Made by a program: the position numbers and the translations under genes. A DNA stretch of 64,000 nucleotides from NCBI GenBank assembly GCA_964016885.1, contig CAXHJY010001325.1, positions 6,373 to 70,372 on the forward strand, in the 5' to 3' direction. The notes under the pieces are model-generated. The model did no database searches, had not been told where the DNA came from, and worked only from the letters and a program-made list of their open reading frames with translations. This DNA is from Eledone cirrhosa. Its lineage: Eukaryota. Below, one piece after another: positions 13,899 to 29,476 of this stretch; the stretch's first letter is position 1; each line of letters begins with the position of its first letter.

Positions 13899-16820
13899 GG
13901 GTGGGAAATAACAATGGGCTGCAGGTAGTAGATATGTTGGTAGATAAGGTAATCTCTGTAGATGGAGTAAACGCGAGAATAATTAAACTCAGACTAGTCC
14001 TAAATAGAACAATGGCTACAATTATATCTACATAGACACCCCAATTTGGGTTGTCAGACGAACTGAAAAATAGGTTTTACAAATCCTTAATGCACACTAC
14101 TGCACAAACGAATGACAGTGACTTCCTAATCATCATGAGGGATTTTAATGGACACATTGGGAAACACTGTGATGGCTTCTACAGAGTCCATGGAGGCTAC
14201 AGGTTTGGCACAAGAAATGAAGAAGGTTTCAGGTTCCTAGAATTCTGCGACACCAATGACCTATCGATAATTAACACAAACTTCTAAAAACACAACAACC
14301 ACCTGATCACCTATAGATCTGGTGAACATGCTAGTTAGATAGATTTTATCCTTACCAGGGGACAAGATAGAATGACAGGGGTAAACATGAAATCCTTCCC
14401 TGGTCAGAAATGCACCTCCCATCATAACCTAGTAGTTAGCAATTTCATTGTCTGAGCTAGATGAACTTGGAGACTGAGGGCAACCTGGAGGAGAAGAATA
14501 TGGAAGTTGAAAGAGCCCTCAGCCAGTAACAAATTTAGTGATATTTTGCTCAACACCTATAACAGTAAAGAAGAACAGATAGAGAAGAGTATTGGGATAC
14601 AGAAGAGTATTGGGATTTCCTGAAAGATAATCAACTGAAGGTGACAGACGAGATCTGTGGATAGAGCAGGGATACACAGAGAAGGAGAATGACTTGGTAG
14701 ATGAGACAATTAAGGCCAAGAGACGGGCATGGAAAAATAGAAGAATGGGGGAAACAGGGTACACTACATAGAGGCCAGGAGGGAAGCTATGTGATCAGTA
14801 TACTTTGCAAGGAGGAAAGCATGTTTTGCAGTGTGAAGACAAGAAACAGGAGGTGTTTGGGATTGTGAGGAAGTGTATTAGGGAAAATTGTGATATCATT
14901 GGAGAGAAGTATGTCTGTGATGATAAAGATGCACTTGCTCTCACAGACGTGGGAAAGAAAATAGCATGGAAGAGCCATTATTAAAGATTACTGGATGAGG
15001 AGAATGCATGGGAGAAGGAGAGTTTACTCCAGGTGTATCCAACAGAGGGCCCAGCAGTGTAGTAAGGCAATTGAGGATATGAAAACTGGGAAAGCAGCCA
15101 AACCATTGGGGATAGTTGCTGAGATGCTGAAACCAACCGGGTCAGTAGGTCACACCTTCACTACAAGTATTGTAAACCAAGTAATACTAGATGGTGTCAT
15201 ACCAAATGATTGGTGCAGCAGCATCATTGTCAATGGCTACAAGGGTAAAGGAGATGCACTAGATAGAGGAAATTATAGAGGCATCAAGTTGATGGACCAG
15301 GTCATGAAAGTGACAGTCATAGCACAGCTGATTAGGGATCAGGTTAATCTACATGAGATGCAGTTCGGATATGTGCCAGGTAAAAGCCCCACAGATGTTC
15401 TTTTCCTGGTGAAGCAGCTACAGGAGAAATACATAGCTAAAAGTAAGCGACTCTACCTGGCATTTGTTGATTTGGAGAGGCTTTTGACAGTCCCCCCGGG
15501 TCATAATACGGTGGGCTCTTAGAAAACTAGGAGTAGATGAGTGGCTTGTGAAGGTTGTACAAGCCATGTATAGGGAAGCAGTCAGCAAAGTTAGGATTAA
15601 CAACTATAACGAAGAATTTAGTGTGTAGGTTGGCATCCACCAGGGCTCTGTTCTTAGCCCTCTCCTGTTTATTATCATACTGAAAGCCTAGAAATAAAGG
15701 GTCTTAAAGTCAACCTGACAAAAATTAAGGTCCTAGTAAGTAGAAATAAAAACAGACCCCTGATCGCTTCAGGAAAATGCCCATTCTCAGTGTGTAAGAA
15801 AAGTGTTGGTAGAAATTCCATCCTCTGTCCCAAATGCAAACTATAGATACACAAGAGATGTAGTTGGTTTTCAGGTAGTCTAGCTAAGAATGCAGGTTTT
15901 ACATGTAGCCATTGCACAGACACAGTAAACAGCAAACGACTACAGGAAAAAGCGCTATCAAATTCTGGGAAGGTTCGGTAGAAACAGTAGACAACTTCTG
16001 CTACCTGGGTGACCAAATTAACAGCAGAGGTGGGTGTTCCTAAAATACAGTAGCCAGAGTGAGAACAGGATGGAAGAAGTTCAGGGAACTATTACCACTG
16101 CTAGCTACAAAAGGCTTTTCCCTCAAAATGAGAGGCAGATTTTATGATGCGTGCATATGAACAACAATGTTGCATGGCAGTGAGACCTGAGTACTGCATG
16201 CAGAAGACTTGCAAAGATTGCAAAGAAATGAAGCTAACAAGCTCCTATGGATGTGTAATAGTAATATACATGAACAGTAAATCATAAACAGAGAGAAACT
16301 AGGCATAAAAGGAATCAGATGCAGTGTGCAAGAGAGGAGATTATGTTGGTATGGACATGAGATGTATATGAAGGATGACAATGACATAAAAAGATGCAGA
16401 GCGCTGAAAATGAAGCTGTGGAATGGGAAGACCCAGGAAGACTTGGGATGAAGTGATAAAAGCTGACCTTGCCCAACTGCACCTCTGAAAAGCAATGACA
16501 TAAGACCAAGATCTCTGGCTTTACGCAGTAATACAGAAAACCCACCTTACCATGATCACAGGCGGAAGCATAAATATGTAGCATATACCACTTTCACCTC
16601 CACCCCACCCCACTCTTCTATACACCTCCCAATATAACAGGCTGAAGCATACATCTACTGTGCTCTACCCAACCCCCTTCTGTTACCTCCCACGTTCTAA
16701 CACTGCCCTGCACACACACCCAAATACCCACCTCCCCAATCCACCACACACTTCTCCCACCAAAACCACCAGCCCACACTGTAAAGTGGTTATAATGGCG
16801 ATACGACAAAAAGTGCCCAT
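13899..16820 (+). mobile_element. Old, decayed near-full-length RTE LINE (APE endonuclease plus RT)
   Basis: DFNGHIG..RNEEG..LEFC..NTNF (APE), NYRGIKL..QFG..FVDLE (RT); many stops and frameshifts. Confidence 0.88.
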
Positions 16821-17037
16821 TCCTGGGTGCTTTTTGCCGTGGCACCTCCACGACCACTTTGCAGTGGAATGATAGGGACCCCAGTCCTATCATCTCATTT
16901 CTACAGCTGAGTAAACTGGAGCAATGTGAAATAAAGTGTCTTGCTCAAGGAAACAACATATCACTCGGTCCGAGAATTGAACTCACAACCTTTCAATTGC
17001 AAGCCCAATGCTCTAACCACTAAGTCATGTGCCTTCA
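16821..17037 (-). mobile_element. tRNA-headed SINE, partial
   Basis: A/B boxes; matches the copies at 38515 and 57864. Confidence 0.8.
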
Positions 17038-17449
17038 CAAAAGTTACGTTATGCATCGGCCAAGATATATATATATTTAGAATAAGTCGTTTTCAAATAC
17101 GAAAACAGATGAAGGTTTGTGAAGAAGTTATTACAGCTCAAAATATGAGATTCATTACAGTAAACTCTTCAGAAGACTACATACAAGATTTAATTGTATG
17201 AACTCCTATGTTTCAAATGCTTAAGTAAACTCATAGAGCAAATATTACATTGAAAATAAGACCAAATACTGTTAATTATATCATATTTTAATTAATGCAT
17301 GATTCTTCCATCTCACAGGATATATAATTAATTATTAGTTATGATCGAATTATTGGATTCATCAGAATTGGGATTCATAAAAAAAAATACTAGAAAGATT
17401 ATTACCCCTACGAATCATTTCGTATATGTATTTACATTACCAGTAAAAT

Positions 17450-17960
17450 ATAAGATATATTAAACTTAAGCCCAAATCTCTATTTGGAGATAGGGGATAT
17501 AAGCTAGATAGACAAAAATAAGTTGGTTTTACTCATAGAGTTCCCTAAACATGGTTTCTGGAATTTAAAAAACATTAGATTAATTAACTGCTCCATAATT
17601 GTTGAGGTGATTTAGATGGTTTTGGCTGCTATTTCCAGCATCAATATAATCCATCGTGTTGTCCTAATACATTGAATGGGATATGTTCATATAGAAATTC
17701 AGCAACATGGCTTATTGGACACCATGTGGTTCAGCAACGACATGGAATGAATGATATGTATTCAACTTCTTCCCTTATTCCAAAGAATTCTCCTCCCAAT
17801 GAAGGAACTGTAATTCTTCCAATATTGGTTATTTCAATGTTGTATTTTCAGTTCCAGAAAGCATGAGTAAACTCTATGAGTGAAACCAACTTATTTTAGT
17901 TGGTCTAGCTCATATCCCACCCAATTGAGATCTTCGCTTATCTTTAATATATTTTATTAC
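17450..17960. repeat. Imperfect ~110-bp inverted repeats with ~290-bp spacer (possible decayed MITE)
   Basis: 17501-17563 reverse-complements 17851-17910, extending outward with mismatches. Confidence 0.5.
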
Positions 17961-18071
17961 TTCTCTCAGTAGATAATTTATCAATATATCTTATCATTTC
18001 ACTAAGATATCTAAGTATTAGAGACAGTTAACTATATCAATTAATACATATATATATACACACTCATATAT

Positions 18072-18652
18072 ATCATCATCATCATCATCATCATCATCAA
18101 CGTTTAACGTCCGTGTTCCACGCTTGCATGGGTTTGGACGGGGGTAGTCCCACTTGAGGCAAGAGTGATTGTCTTGCTCGCATAGGACTGTCTGGCAGGT
18201 TTTCTACAGTTGGATGCCCTTCCTAACACCAACCACATTTACAGTGTGGGTCTGGGAGGTTTTTACCGTGTTGCCTACACGGCCACATTACAGCGTGGAC
18301 TGTGTGTTTTTTTGTCGTGACACCTACACGATCTCATTTGTTTCGGCCTCGATGGCGCGGCACCAACATAACTTTACATAGAACGGGGTGGTGTGGATCG
18401 GGTGGGGGTGGTGGTGGTGGGACGGGGTGTATTTTGTTAGAGATGCCTACTGGCTGGAGTAGGTTTTACTATATATTTAGGTAAGGCGGGTCTTCTCTGT
18501 TACTGAGTACCGCCAAAGGTCTCGGTCCAGTGACATTGTCTTGGAGAGGTGTAAGTGTGTGATGTCGGAGTTTATCAGCTCGTCCCAGGTTTTTCTAGGT
18601 CTGCCTATTCCGTGACTACCGTCTATCTTTATTGCCCTGCACTTTGTTATAC
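18072..18652 (-). mobile_element. 5'-truncated RTE-a LINE
   Basis: Near-identical to 76-645. Confidence 0.9.
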
Positions 18653-18661
18653 ATATATATG

Positions 18662-18714
<53 letters not shown>

Positions 18715-18747
18715 TATATATATATACACACATATATATATATATAT

Positions 18748-18784
<37 letters not shown>

Positions 18785-18821
18785 GAAACACACAGATACA
18801 TGCGGACACACACATATATAC

Positions 18822-19385
18822 ATGAATGCATCCGCACCCAACTGTGAGTTAAGGGTGCCAACTTCACCGATGTTGCTCAATGAATGACTGGGACAGACCA
18901 ATTCAGTTTGAACCAGACTGAACCAGTATCAGAGTTAAAATACATTATGAAGAGAAATATATTAATAACTCCCTCTGGTCGAGCAATCTTTGAAGTGTGG
19001 GGACAACTGGAAAGCTTCCATTACTCATACTTCTCGCCTTCTTCACTACCTCTTCTACGGCCTCGATATGAATACCCCCTCCGCCTCCGTGGTATTTTCT
19101 TCGTGGTTATAAGAGGCTTAGCTCTGTTTCTCGACCGTTATATCGCGTGACTATCTCCCCCTCCGCCTTTTGGGATTCTTTCTCACGTCGTGTAGACGCG
19201 TTCTTGAGACTAGTAAAATGAGGTATCCTCTTGATAAGTTGGTAGACCTCGCAAGGACTCTATATCTTTGATATATTGTTTTTGTTTATGCCACGAAACT
19301 ACGTAGTCGAGGAATTTAGGAGCAGTTTAGGTATGATACATTTTATTACTAATTATATCTAAATGTTTCTTCTCTCTTCATAATG

Positions 19386-19388
<3 letters not shown>
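18822..19388. mobile_element. Non-coding ribozyme-bearing element with 16-bp inverted overlap
   Basis: ATACATTATGAAGAGA 18940-18955 inverted at 19373-19388; hammerhead inside; TA flanks. Confidence 0.5.
19226..19313 (+). ncRNA. Type I hammerhead with U3-A8 variant core (HH-E)
   Basis: TCCTC-TTGATAA-GTTGGTA...TGCCAC-GAAA-CTACGTAG-TC-GAGGA; palindromic stem III; GUC site. Confidence 0.75.
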
Positions 19389-19417
<29 letters not shown>

Positions 19418-19488
19418 TATATATATATATATATACACACATATATATATATATATATACACACATATATATATATATATATACACAC

Positions 19489-19545
<57 letters not shown>

Positions 19546-19564
19546 TATATATATATATACACAC

Positions 19565-20398
<834 letters not shown>

Positions 20399-20423
20399 TA
20401 TATAGATATATATATATATATAT

Positions 20424-20606
<183 letters not shown>

Positions 20607-20799
20607 ATACATAGTGTATACATACATATATACACACACACACACACACATGTATACATACATATATCCATACACACACATATGTATACATACATATATC
20701 CATACACACACACATATGTATACATACCTATATCCATACACACACAAACATACATGTATGTATACATACATATATCCATACACACACATATTATATATA

Positions 20800-21460
20800 T
20801 CATCATCATCAACGTTTAACGTCTATCTTCCACGCTAGCATAGGTTTAGACGGGAATTGTCCCACTTGAGGCAAGATTGGTCGTCTCACTCTTATAGGAC
20901 TGTCTGGCAGGTTTTCTATGACTGGATGCCCTTCCTAACACCAACCACGTTTACAGTGTGGACTGGGAGGTTTTTACCGTGTTGCCTACACGGCCACATT
21001 ACAGCGTGGACTGTGTGTTTTTTGTCATGACACCTACACGACCTCATTTGTTTAGGACTGGATGTTGTGGCACCAACATAACATTACAGAGAAAGGGGTG
21101 GTGTTGATGGGGATGGGGGAGTTGGGGTAGTGGGATGGGGGTGTATATTTGATTAAGAGGTGGCTACTGACTAGGTTTCGCTTTGTACTTAGGCAAGGCG
21201 GGTCTTCTGTATTACTACGTAGCGCCAAAGATCTCGGTCCAGTGACATTGTCTTGGAGAGGTGTAAGTGTGTAAGGTCGGAATTTATCAAGTCGTCCCAG
21301 GTTTTTCTGGGTCTGCCTACTCCGTAACTTCCATCAATTTTGATCGCCCTGCACTTTTTTATACAGCTGTTGTCTTTCATGCGCATCACGTAACCATACC
21401 AACGTAGTCTTCTCTCGAGTAAACAGCATCTGATCCCTTTTATACCTAATTTCTCAGTTA
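20800..21460 (-). mobile_element. 5'-truncated RTE LINE
   Basis: RRLRWYGYVMRM..GRPRKTW; (CAT)n tail. Confidence 0.88.
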
Positions 21461-21461
21461 T

Positions 21462-21495
<34 letters not shown>

Positions 21496-21496
21496 T

Positions 21497-22480
21497 TAGA
21501 AATAGTCAACACTTTCCGTAACCAGGGTGATGAAATCAGCAGTGGAGGAAGGTGTTTCGAAAGTACAGTGGCCAGAGTAAGAACAGGATGGGGAAAGTTC
21601 AGAGAGCTAATACCGCTGTTAGCTACAAAAAGTTTTTCCCTAAAATGAAGGGCAGATTGAACGATGTATACGAACAGCAATGTTACATGGTAGTGGGATC
21701 TGGGCACTGTGCACAGAGGACATGCGAAAATTGGAAAGAAATGAAGCATGCATGCTCCGATGGATATGTAATAGTAATATACACAAATGGCAAAGCGTAA
21801 ATGTGAAATTAGGCATAAGAAGGATCAAAGGCAGTATACTAGAGAGGAGATTGCATTGGTATGGTCATGTAATGCATATGAAGGACAACAGCTGTATAAA
21901 AAGGTGCAGGGTAATCAAAATTGATGGAAGCTATGTTGTAGGAAGACCCAGGAAGAATGGGACAAGGTGATAAAACCTGATTTTGCACAATTGCACCTCT
22001 CAAAGACAATGACACAGGATCAAGATCTTTGGCATTATGCAGTAATACAGAAGACTCGCCTTTCCTTGTGGACAGACTCAAACATACTTCTAGTAAGCAC
22101 CTTTTAACCATTTAATCCACTATACCTCCTTCCATACACCCCCACAACTTACATCATTCTCCCACTTCTGTCCACACCACCCTTACACTGTAAAGTTATG
22201 TTGTTATCACAAAAACATCTAACCCATACTGTAAAGTGATCGTGTAGGTGTCACAACAAAAAGCGCTCAGCCCACACTGTAAAATGGTCGTGTAGGTGTC
22301 ATGACAAAAAGCACCCAGCATACACTGTAAATGTGGCAGGCATTAGGAAGGGGATCCAGCTTTAGAAATCTAACCAGAAACTGTCCTATATAAGCAAGAC
22401 ACGGTCATCTGATACAATCTGGGACAATCCGTCTAACCCATGCTAGCGTGGAAGATGTAAGTTAATCGATGATGATGATG
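21497..22480 (+). mobile_element. Diverged RTE LINE 3' fragment
   Basis: MLHGSGIW..RRLHWYGHVM..GRPRK; (GAT)n tail. Confidence 0.85.
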
Positions 22481-23030
22481 ATATTGTTATACTTTGGGAG
22501 GGTCATGCTGCCAATAAAAATACATGCACCTGTTGGTTTTCACTTCAATTTATTATACATTTCTGGTTGGTTGGTTGGTTCAATAACGGGATGGTTGTTT
22601 ATATATTGTCAAAGCTCTTTCGTCACACATTCTGTGACCTCCTCAGTGACTGGGTTTTTATTTTGTGTCTCTCCTTTGGTCTGTCCTACAGAATCTTGTT
22701 TTTGTGTGTTATGTGCTGTGTGCTTGGTTTGCGCATGTGTTACATCCAGGTGTGTGTGTTTTTATTTATTAGTGTTTATTTACTTGTCACTAGTTAGTTG
22801 GTTGTTTGTTCTAGCTGTGTGTGTGTCTCATTTGTTTTATTAGTTTGACTTTTGTGTGTCTTTATTTTGTCTTTAATTACTAGTTGTGATGTTATTGCTA
22901 TTCCACTCATGTTTTCTGTTTAATTTTGGTTGGAGTTCGTTTATGTTTGTTGCCTCTGTAATTTGTCTGAGCATTGCATCTTTTCTGTGTGTGTATATAA
23001 TTTTTATCTATATGTTCTATTTTGGCATTT
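22481..23030 (-). mobile_element. Older PLE-1 3' fragment with hammerhead at 22608-22651
   Basis: Homologous to 26790-27432; GTCA-CTGAGGA-G-GTCAC..GTGAC-GAAA-GAGC-TT-TGAC. Confidence 0.75.
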
Positions 23031-23859
23031 TGGTGGAGTACTAATGAGTTTTTCCCATCTGACCATGTGCTTATATAAGAAACCATTATCTAATGCTTGA
23101 AAATGAATTAGGACTATCTCAGATTAAGTTTAGAGGGGTGTGGGAGACAAGGAGAGAATGTAAAGACCTTCAGTATATGTATAAACAGTTGATGGTGTGT
23201 CGGTGGTTAGATAAAAACTGCCTGTAAACCGAATTTTGCAACATGATTTCTATTTCACCTGCAGCCCTTTCTTTCTTTCATCACTAATTCCCTAAAGAAA
23301 GACATTAACACAACTTGCATTTAAATTCGTATGAACTTTGATTTCTTTAGTATGTAATCAATTAGGTGTTCAATAAAGGATTTATGAAATTTGTATTATT
23401 TAAACTCATTTCCCAGGCAGGTGTACGTAAATACAAATTGTAATTTGTTGTTTTAATTTTCAATGTAGTAAGTTGATATGTTTGGTTAGCATTTTGAAGG
23501 TAAAAATTATGTTTTTTTTTAGTGTTTTAAACAAAGATGGTCTCCAAAACCGCTGTAAATTACCCATTTTCTGTGGTTCCTCAACCACAGAACTCCATTA
23601 CAGATGCCCTGGAGACAGGTGTAATAATAAAAATTTACAGAAAGTTTAATAAAATTTTGAAACTTCTCCACCCACTTTGGTGAATTTAAATAAATGCCAG
23701 AGATGATAACAAAGGGAATGAATTAGATATTTTCCTCTAACAAAACACAAACTAGATTTTCTTTCAGAGATGAACTTTCGATTACATTGGTCTTTGTATA
23801 TTTCTACAATACTTTCATAAGAAACTACAATAACAATACTGAAGGTTGCTAATCATATC

Positions 23860-24097
23860 AGTAGGTAGGTATGGAGGTAAGTAGGTAGGAAGGAAGATAT
23901 GGAGGTAGGTAAGAAGGAAGGTAGGTAGGTACGGTACAGAGATAAGTAGGTAGGTATGGAGGTAAGTAGGTAGGAAGGTAGGTAGGTAGGTATGGATATA
24001 GGTATGGAGGTAAATAGGTAGGTACTTAGGAAGGTAGGTAGGTATGGAGGTAGGTAGGTAGGTATGGAAATAGGTAGGTAGGAAGGTAGGTAGGTAG
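23860..24097. repeat. (GGTA)n-type microsatellite
   Basis: Direct inspection. Confidence 0.9.
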
Positions 24098-24189
24098 ATG
24101 TCTGTGTATGAGAGAGTGACCTAGAATTTGGTTTAGTGGAGGCAAGTGTACAAGGACTAGGAGGAGATGTGAGAAAGAGACAAAGAAAA

Positions 24190-24855
24190 ATTCCCTCACC
24201 ACAAGGGACACTGTATGCCCCCATATATACTCACTCACCACAAAGAAAACTGCAGTTTCCTTCTAAAGGTGAAAGGAGATACCCCCCCCCCCCTCCATAC
24301 ACACTCACTCATCACAAAGGACACTGAAGTTTCCCTCTAAAGGTGAAAGGAGATACCCTCCACACACACAATCACTCACCACAATTAAGGGACATTGCAG
24401 TTTTCCTTTAACCCTTTAGCATTTACATTATATATACTATTGTATTTTCGTGGTAAAGGCTTTACCTCATATAATTATTTCATAATATCGAATCTGAGAT
24501 TTTGAGGTTATTTTGAGAACAATACTTTAACGTCAGTATGAGCAGCCAGTTACAACCGGTTTGAACAGAAAGAGGTGAGAGGATTCTGGCCAAATATGGC
24601 CAGTTTAAATGTTAAAGGGTTAAGCAGGGAGAGTAGAGAGAAGACCCACAAATTCACTTACCACAAAGGACACTGTAGTTTCCCTCTAATATATTTTTAG
24701 GTAAGCCAACACAATTTACGATATTAAATTAAAGAAATGAAATTTTTTTTTATCCACATCATAAATTTTTTTTTATCCACATCATAAATTTTTTTTTATC
24801 CACATCATAAATTTTTTTTTACCCACATCGTGAAATTTTTTTTACCCACATCATA
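24190..24855. repeat. Minisatellites: ~70-bp unit (TCACTCACCACAAAGGACACTG...) and ~23-bp unit (AAATTTTTTTTTATCCACATCAT, about 5 copies, 24740-24855)
   Basis: Direct inspection. Confidence 0.75.
24412..24619. mobile_element. piggyBac-type MITE
   Basis: TTAA duplications at 24408-24411 and 24620-24623; TIRs CCCTTTAGCATTTA / TAAATGTTAAAGGG. Confidence 0.8.
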
Positions 24856-25982
24856 AAGATTTTAAATAAAACACGTGAGAAGACAAGATGATTAATCACA
24901 AACACAAACACCATCCATCATGTGAAAGTCACTAACCATTGAGACATCAATTTAATATAACAAACAGGAAGTCTCCGTTGAAATTCATCAGGGATTATAT
25001 GCATATATATATACATATATACACACACATATATATATATACACATATATATATATATATACACATATATATACATGTATATATACACACATATCTATAC
25101 ATATATATACACACATATCTATACATATATATACACACATATAAGTATATATATATGTACATGTATATACACACATATATATATATACATATATATACAC
25201 ACATATATATATATACATATATATACACACATATATATATATACATATATATACACACATATATATATACACATATATATACATATATATATATACACAC
25301 ATATATATACATATATATACACACATATATATACATATATATACACACATATATATACATATACACACATATATATACATATATATACACATATATATAT
25401 ACATATATATACACACATATATATATACATATATATACACACATATATATATACATATATATACACACATATATATATACATATATATACACACATATAT
25501 ATATACATATATATACACACATATATATACATATATATACACACATATATATACATATATATACACACATATATATACATATATATACACACATATATAT
25601 ACATATATATACACACATATAAGTATATATATATATATGTACATGTATATACACATATATATATATATACATATATACACATATATATATACATATATAC
25701 ACACATATATATATACGTATATACACATATATATATACATATATACACACATATATATATACGTATATACACACACATATATATAGACATATATAAGTAC
25801 ATATATATGTACATGTATATACACATATATATATATACATATATATATATACACACACATATATATATATACATATATATATATACACACACATATATAT
25901 ATATATAGACATATATAAGTACATGTATATACACATATATATATACATATATATATATATATAAGTACATGTATATACACAC

Positions 25983-26078
<96 letters not shown>

Positions 26079-26114
26079 CGTTTCCATACCAAAATCAACA
26101 TACTGATTGCGGAT

Positions 26115-26930
26115 TTGGTACGGGTGATGAGAAATGTATCCCGCATGTGCAACCCCGAAGAACTAGAGAGACACATACAACACTTCATCCACCGTATGCA
26201 GTTCTCTGGCTACAATCAGAGAGATAGAATCAGAGTGTATAAAGGAGCCAGAACCAAATGGGAAAAAATGGGAAATAATGACATAAATGGGACCTGCCCC
26301 TTGTATAGGAGCAAATTTTGGAATAGAATAGAAAGAACTAGGAACAAGGCCAATAGAATAAACTCATGGTATGATAGCAATAAATACCAGAGTGTAATGT
26401 TCATCAATACAACCCCTAGAGGCGAACTAGCCTACAAATTTAGAAGGGCCCTAAATAAACATAATCTCAATATTAAGATAGTAGAAAGACCTGGTACCTC
26501 CGTAAAAACACTTATTAGCAAGACATACCCGTTCCAAAGACCCTCATGTATAGATAAGAAATGTATAACCTGTAAAATAAGCCCCCATATTAACTGTAAA
26601 ACTAGAAATGTAGTGTATAGCATAAGATGTACTGAAGGACAATGTAGAAACAAAAATATAGTGTACATAGGTGAGACAGCTCGTAGTATAGGGGAACGAA
26701 TAAATGAACACTGGCGAGACCTCCAAGATAACAAAGAATCATCTGTGCTCTACCAACATGCTAAGATAGAACACAGGGGTAGATTAGAGAGCATAGAAAT
26801 AAAAATAGAATCGACACACAGAAAAGACGCAATGTTTAGGCAAATTACAGAGGCAGTAAGCATAAAAGAATTAAAACCAAAATTAAATAGAAAATATGAG
26901 TGGAACAGCAACATCACAACTTACAATTAA
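26115..26930 (+). CDS. PLE linker plus GIY-YIG endonuclease (partial polyprotein)
   Basis: [14 protein letters not shown]...[16 protein letters not shown]...EA..I...P.LN. Confidence 0.85.
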   Translation: MVRVMRNVSRMCNPEELERHIQHFIHRMQFSGYNQRDRIRVYKGARTKWEKMGNNDINGTCPLYRSKFWNRIERTRNKANRINSWYDSNKYQSVMFINTTPRGELAYKFRRALNKHNLNIKIVERPGTSVKTLISKTYPFQRPSCIDKKCITCKISPHINCKTRNVVYSIRCTEGQCRNKNIVYIGETARSIGERINEHWRDLQDNKESSVLYQHAKIEHRGRLESIEIKIESTHRKDAMFRQITEAVSIKELKPKLNRKYEWNSNITTYN

Positions 26931-27237
26931 GGACAAAATGAAAACACACACACACATAGAACAAACAACTTACAATTGAAAACACACACAAAATGAAAAC
27001 ACACACAGGACAAAATGAAAACACACACACACATAGAACAAACAACCAACCAACAATAAATAAATAAATAAATAAACAAATAGAAAAATATAAATAGAAA
27101 AATAGAAAAATGAACACAAACACACACAGACACCCGGATGTGGCGCATGCGCAAACTGAGCACACAACACACACACAGAAACAAAATGGCGTAGGATAGA
27201 AGAAAGGAAAGGCACAGAAACGAAGAAAGGAATCCCC

Positions 27238-27282
27238 AGTCACTGAAGAGGTCACAGAGTGTGTGACGAAAGGACTATGACT
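27238..27282 (+). ncRNA. Minimal type I hammerhead (HH-C)
   Basis: AGTCA-CTGAAGA-G-GTCAC-AGAGTGT-GTGAC-GAAA-GGAC-TA-TGACT. Confidence 0.82.
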
Positions 27283-27426
27283 ATATATATAAACAACTAT
27301 CTGGTTGTGGAACCAACCAACCAACCAGAAATTTGTAAATTTGTAAATTTATAAATATATAATAAATTGAAGTGAAAGCAACTGGTGCGTGTGTTTCTTA
27401 TTGGCAACATGACCTTCCCAAAGTAT

Positions 27427-27557
<131 letters not shown>

Positions 27558-27653
27558 CACATATATATATATATATACACATATCATCATCATCATCATC
27601 ATCAACGTTTAACGTCCGTGTTCCACGCTTGCATGGGTTTGGAATATATATAC

Positions 27654-27720
<67 letters not shown>

Positions 27721-27753
27721 CATACATATATATATATATACATATATATATAC

Positions 27754-27786
<33 letters not shown>

Positions 27787-28013
27787 CACACACACATATA
27801 TATATACACACACATATATATATACACACACATATATATATACACACACATATATATATACACACACATATATATACATATATATATATACACACATATA
27901 TATACATATATATATATATATCCACACATATACATATATACATATATACACACACTCAAATGTATATACACATATATATATAAACATATATATACATATA
28001 TATACATGTATAT

Positions 28014-28050
<37 letters not shown>

Positions 28051-28144
28051 ACATACATATATATACCTACATACATATATACCTACATACATATATATAT
28101 ATACCTACATACATATATATATATACCTACATACATATATATAT

Positions 28145-28755
28145 ATGGTGGCTGCCAACTCGTTTTCGAGTACGGCCACTACTTTATATCCATGTAGGAG
28201 AACTCCTACCGATGAGCTGAACGAGTGTAACTTTTTAGTCCAGTCAGCGACTTGAAAACTCTGGTACAAACACTACACTTGTGACAATTATTGACACATA
28301 GTGCTGGGCCCATGGTACCATGTGACGACATGTGCAGAGAGATCTCCAGATATAAAGCAATGCCTGTGCCGTGAAGCTTTTATAGTGAGCAAAGGCACTG
28401 CACAAAGCCAGTCCCACTCTCTTAAACAAGATGATGTTTACCAAAAAGAAGAACAAGTCAACATCATTGGATACCATCAGGGTTGCAGGTGTTATATCAG
28501 AGTTTTCCTTCTCCTAGAATTCTGCCTTGACAAAGGCTAAGGGGTCATCTCTCCCGGTGATTTTGGATGGCCATTGACTCTTAAGAGCTCCTTTGCTCTT
28601 TGACAGGTTTTGTTTTTAGTCCTGCAGGATGTCCAAAGTCACCCTCCTCACCAAGAAACCTTGGTGGGGTTGCCAGTTTAGTCGACAACGACCCGAACAC
28701 GAGACAGGTTGTACTGGGATACATGTTACCAGTAACACCAACTCGTTACCTGACA
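28145..28755 (-). mobile_element. Element A copy 3
   Basis: Homologous to 2525-3136. Confidence 0.75.
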
Positions 28756-28780
28756 TAACATATATATATATACATACATA

Positions 28781-29186
28781 CATGGTGGCTGTCAACTCGT
28801 TTTCGAGTACGGCCACTACTTTATATCCATGTAGGAGAACCCCTACTGATGCGCTGAACGAGTGTGACTTTTTAGTCCAGCCATTGACTTGAAAACTCTG
28901 GTACAAACACTACACTTGTGACAATTACTGACACATAGTGCTGGGCCCATTGTACCCTATGGTGACAAGTGCAGAGAGATCTCCAGATATAAAGCAATGC
29001 CTGTGCCATGAAGCTTTTATAGTGAGCAAAGGCACTGCACAAAGCCAGTCCCACTCTCTTAACCAAGATGATATTTACCAAAAAAAAGTATAAGTCAGCA
29101 TCATTGGATACCATCAGGGTTGCAGGTGTTATAGAGTTTTCCTTCCCCTAGAATTCTGCCTTGACAAAGGCTAAGGGGTCATCTCT
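28781..29186 (-). mobile_element. Element A copy 4, 5'-truncated
   Basis: Retains the 3' stem-loop end, lacks ~200 bp of the other end. Confidence 0.75.
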
Positions 29187-29436
29187 CATACATACATACA
29201 TACATACATATATATATACATAAAAATACATATATATATACATACAAATACATATATATATATATATATATACATACATACATATGTATGTATACACCAC
29301 ATAAGAAACGGAGAATCAGTGTGACAAATTAAAATCTTTCGAAGTATTAATGCAATATTTGTTCCGTCTAAACCCATGCTAGCGTGGAAGATGATGATTC
29401 AAAAATATACATATACAGATATGTATATACATATAC

Positions 29437-29476
<40 letters not shown>

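Noticed and set aside
17085-17370. CTGAAGA and CTGATGA cores on the minus strand (17166, 17358; also 24985)
   Set aside because: No compatible stem I or properly placed GAAA and stem III
18940-19388. 16-bp inverted ends read as DNA transposon TIRs
   Set aside because: No TSD evident; internal hammerhead and leftward extension fit the PLE-type inversion pattern better
24740-24855. Short regular repeats resembling a CRISPR array
   Set aside because: Head-to-tail minisatellite with no unique spacers, no cas genes, eukaryotic context
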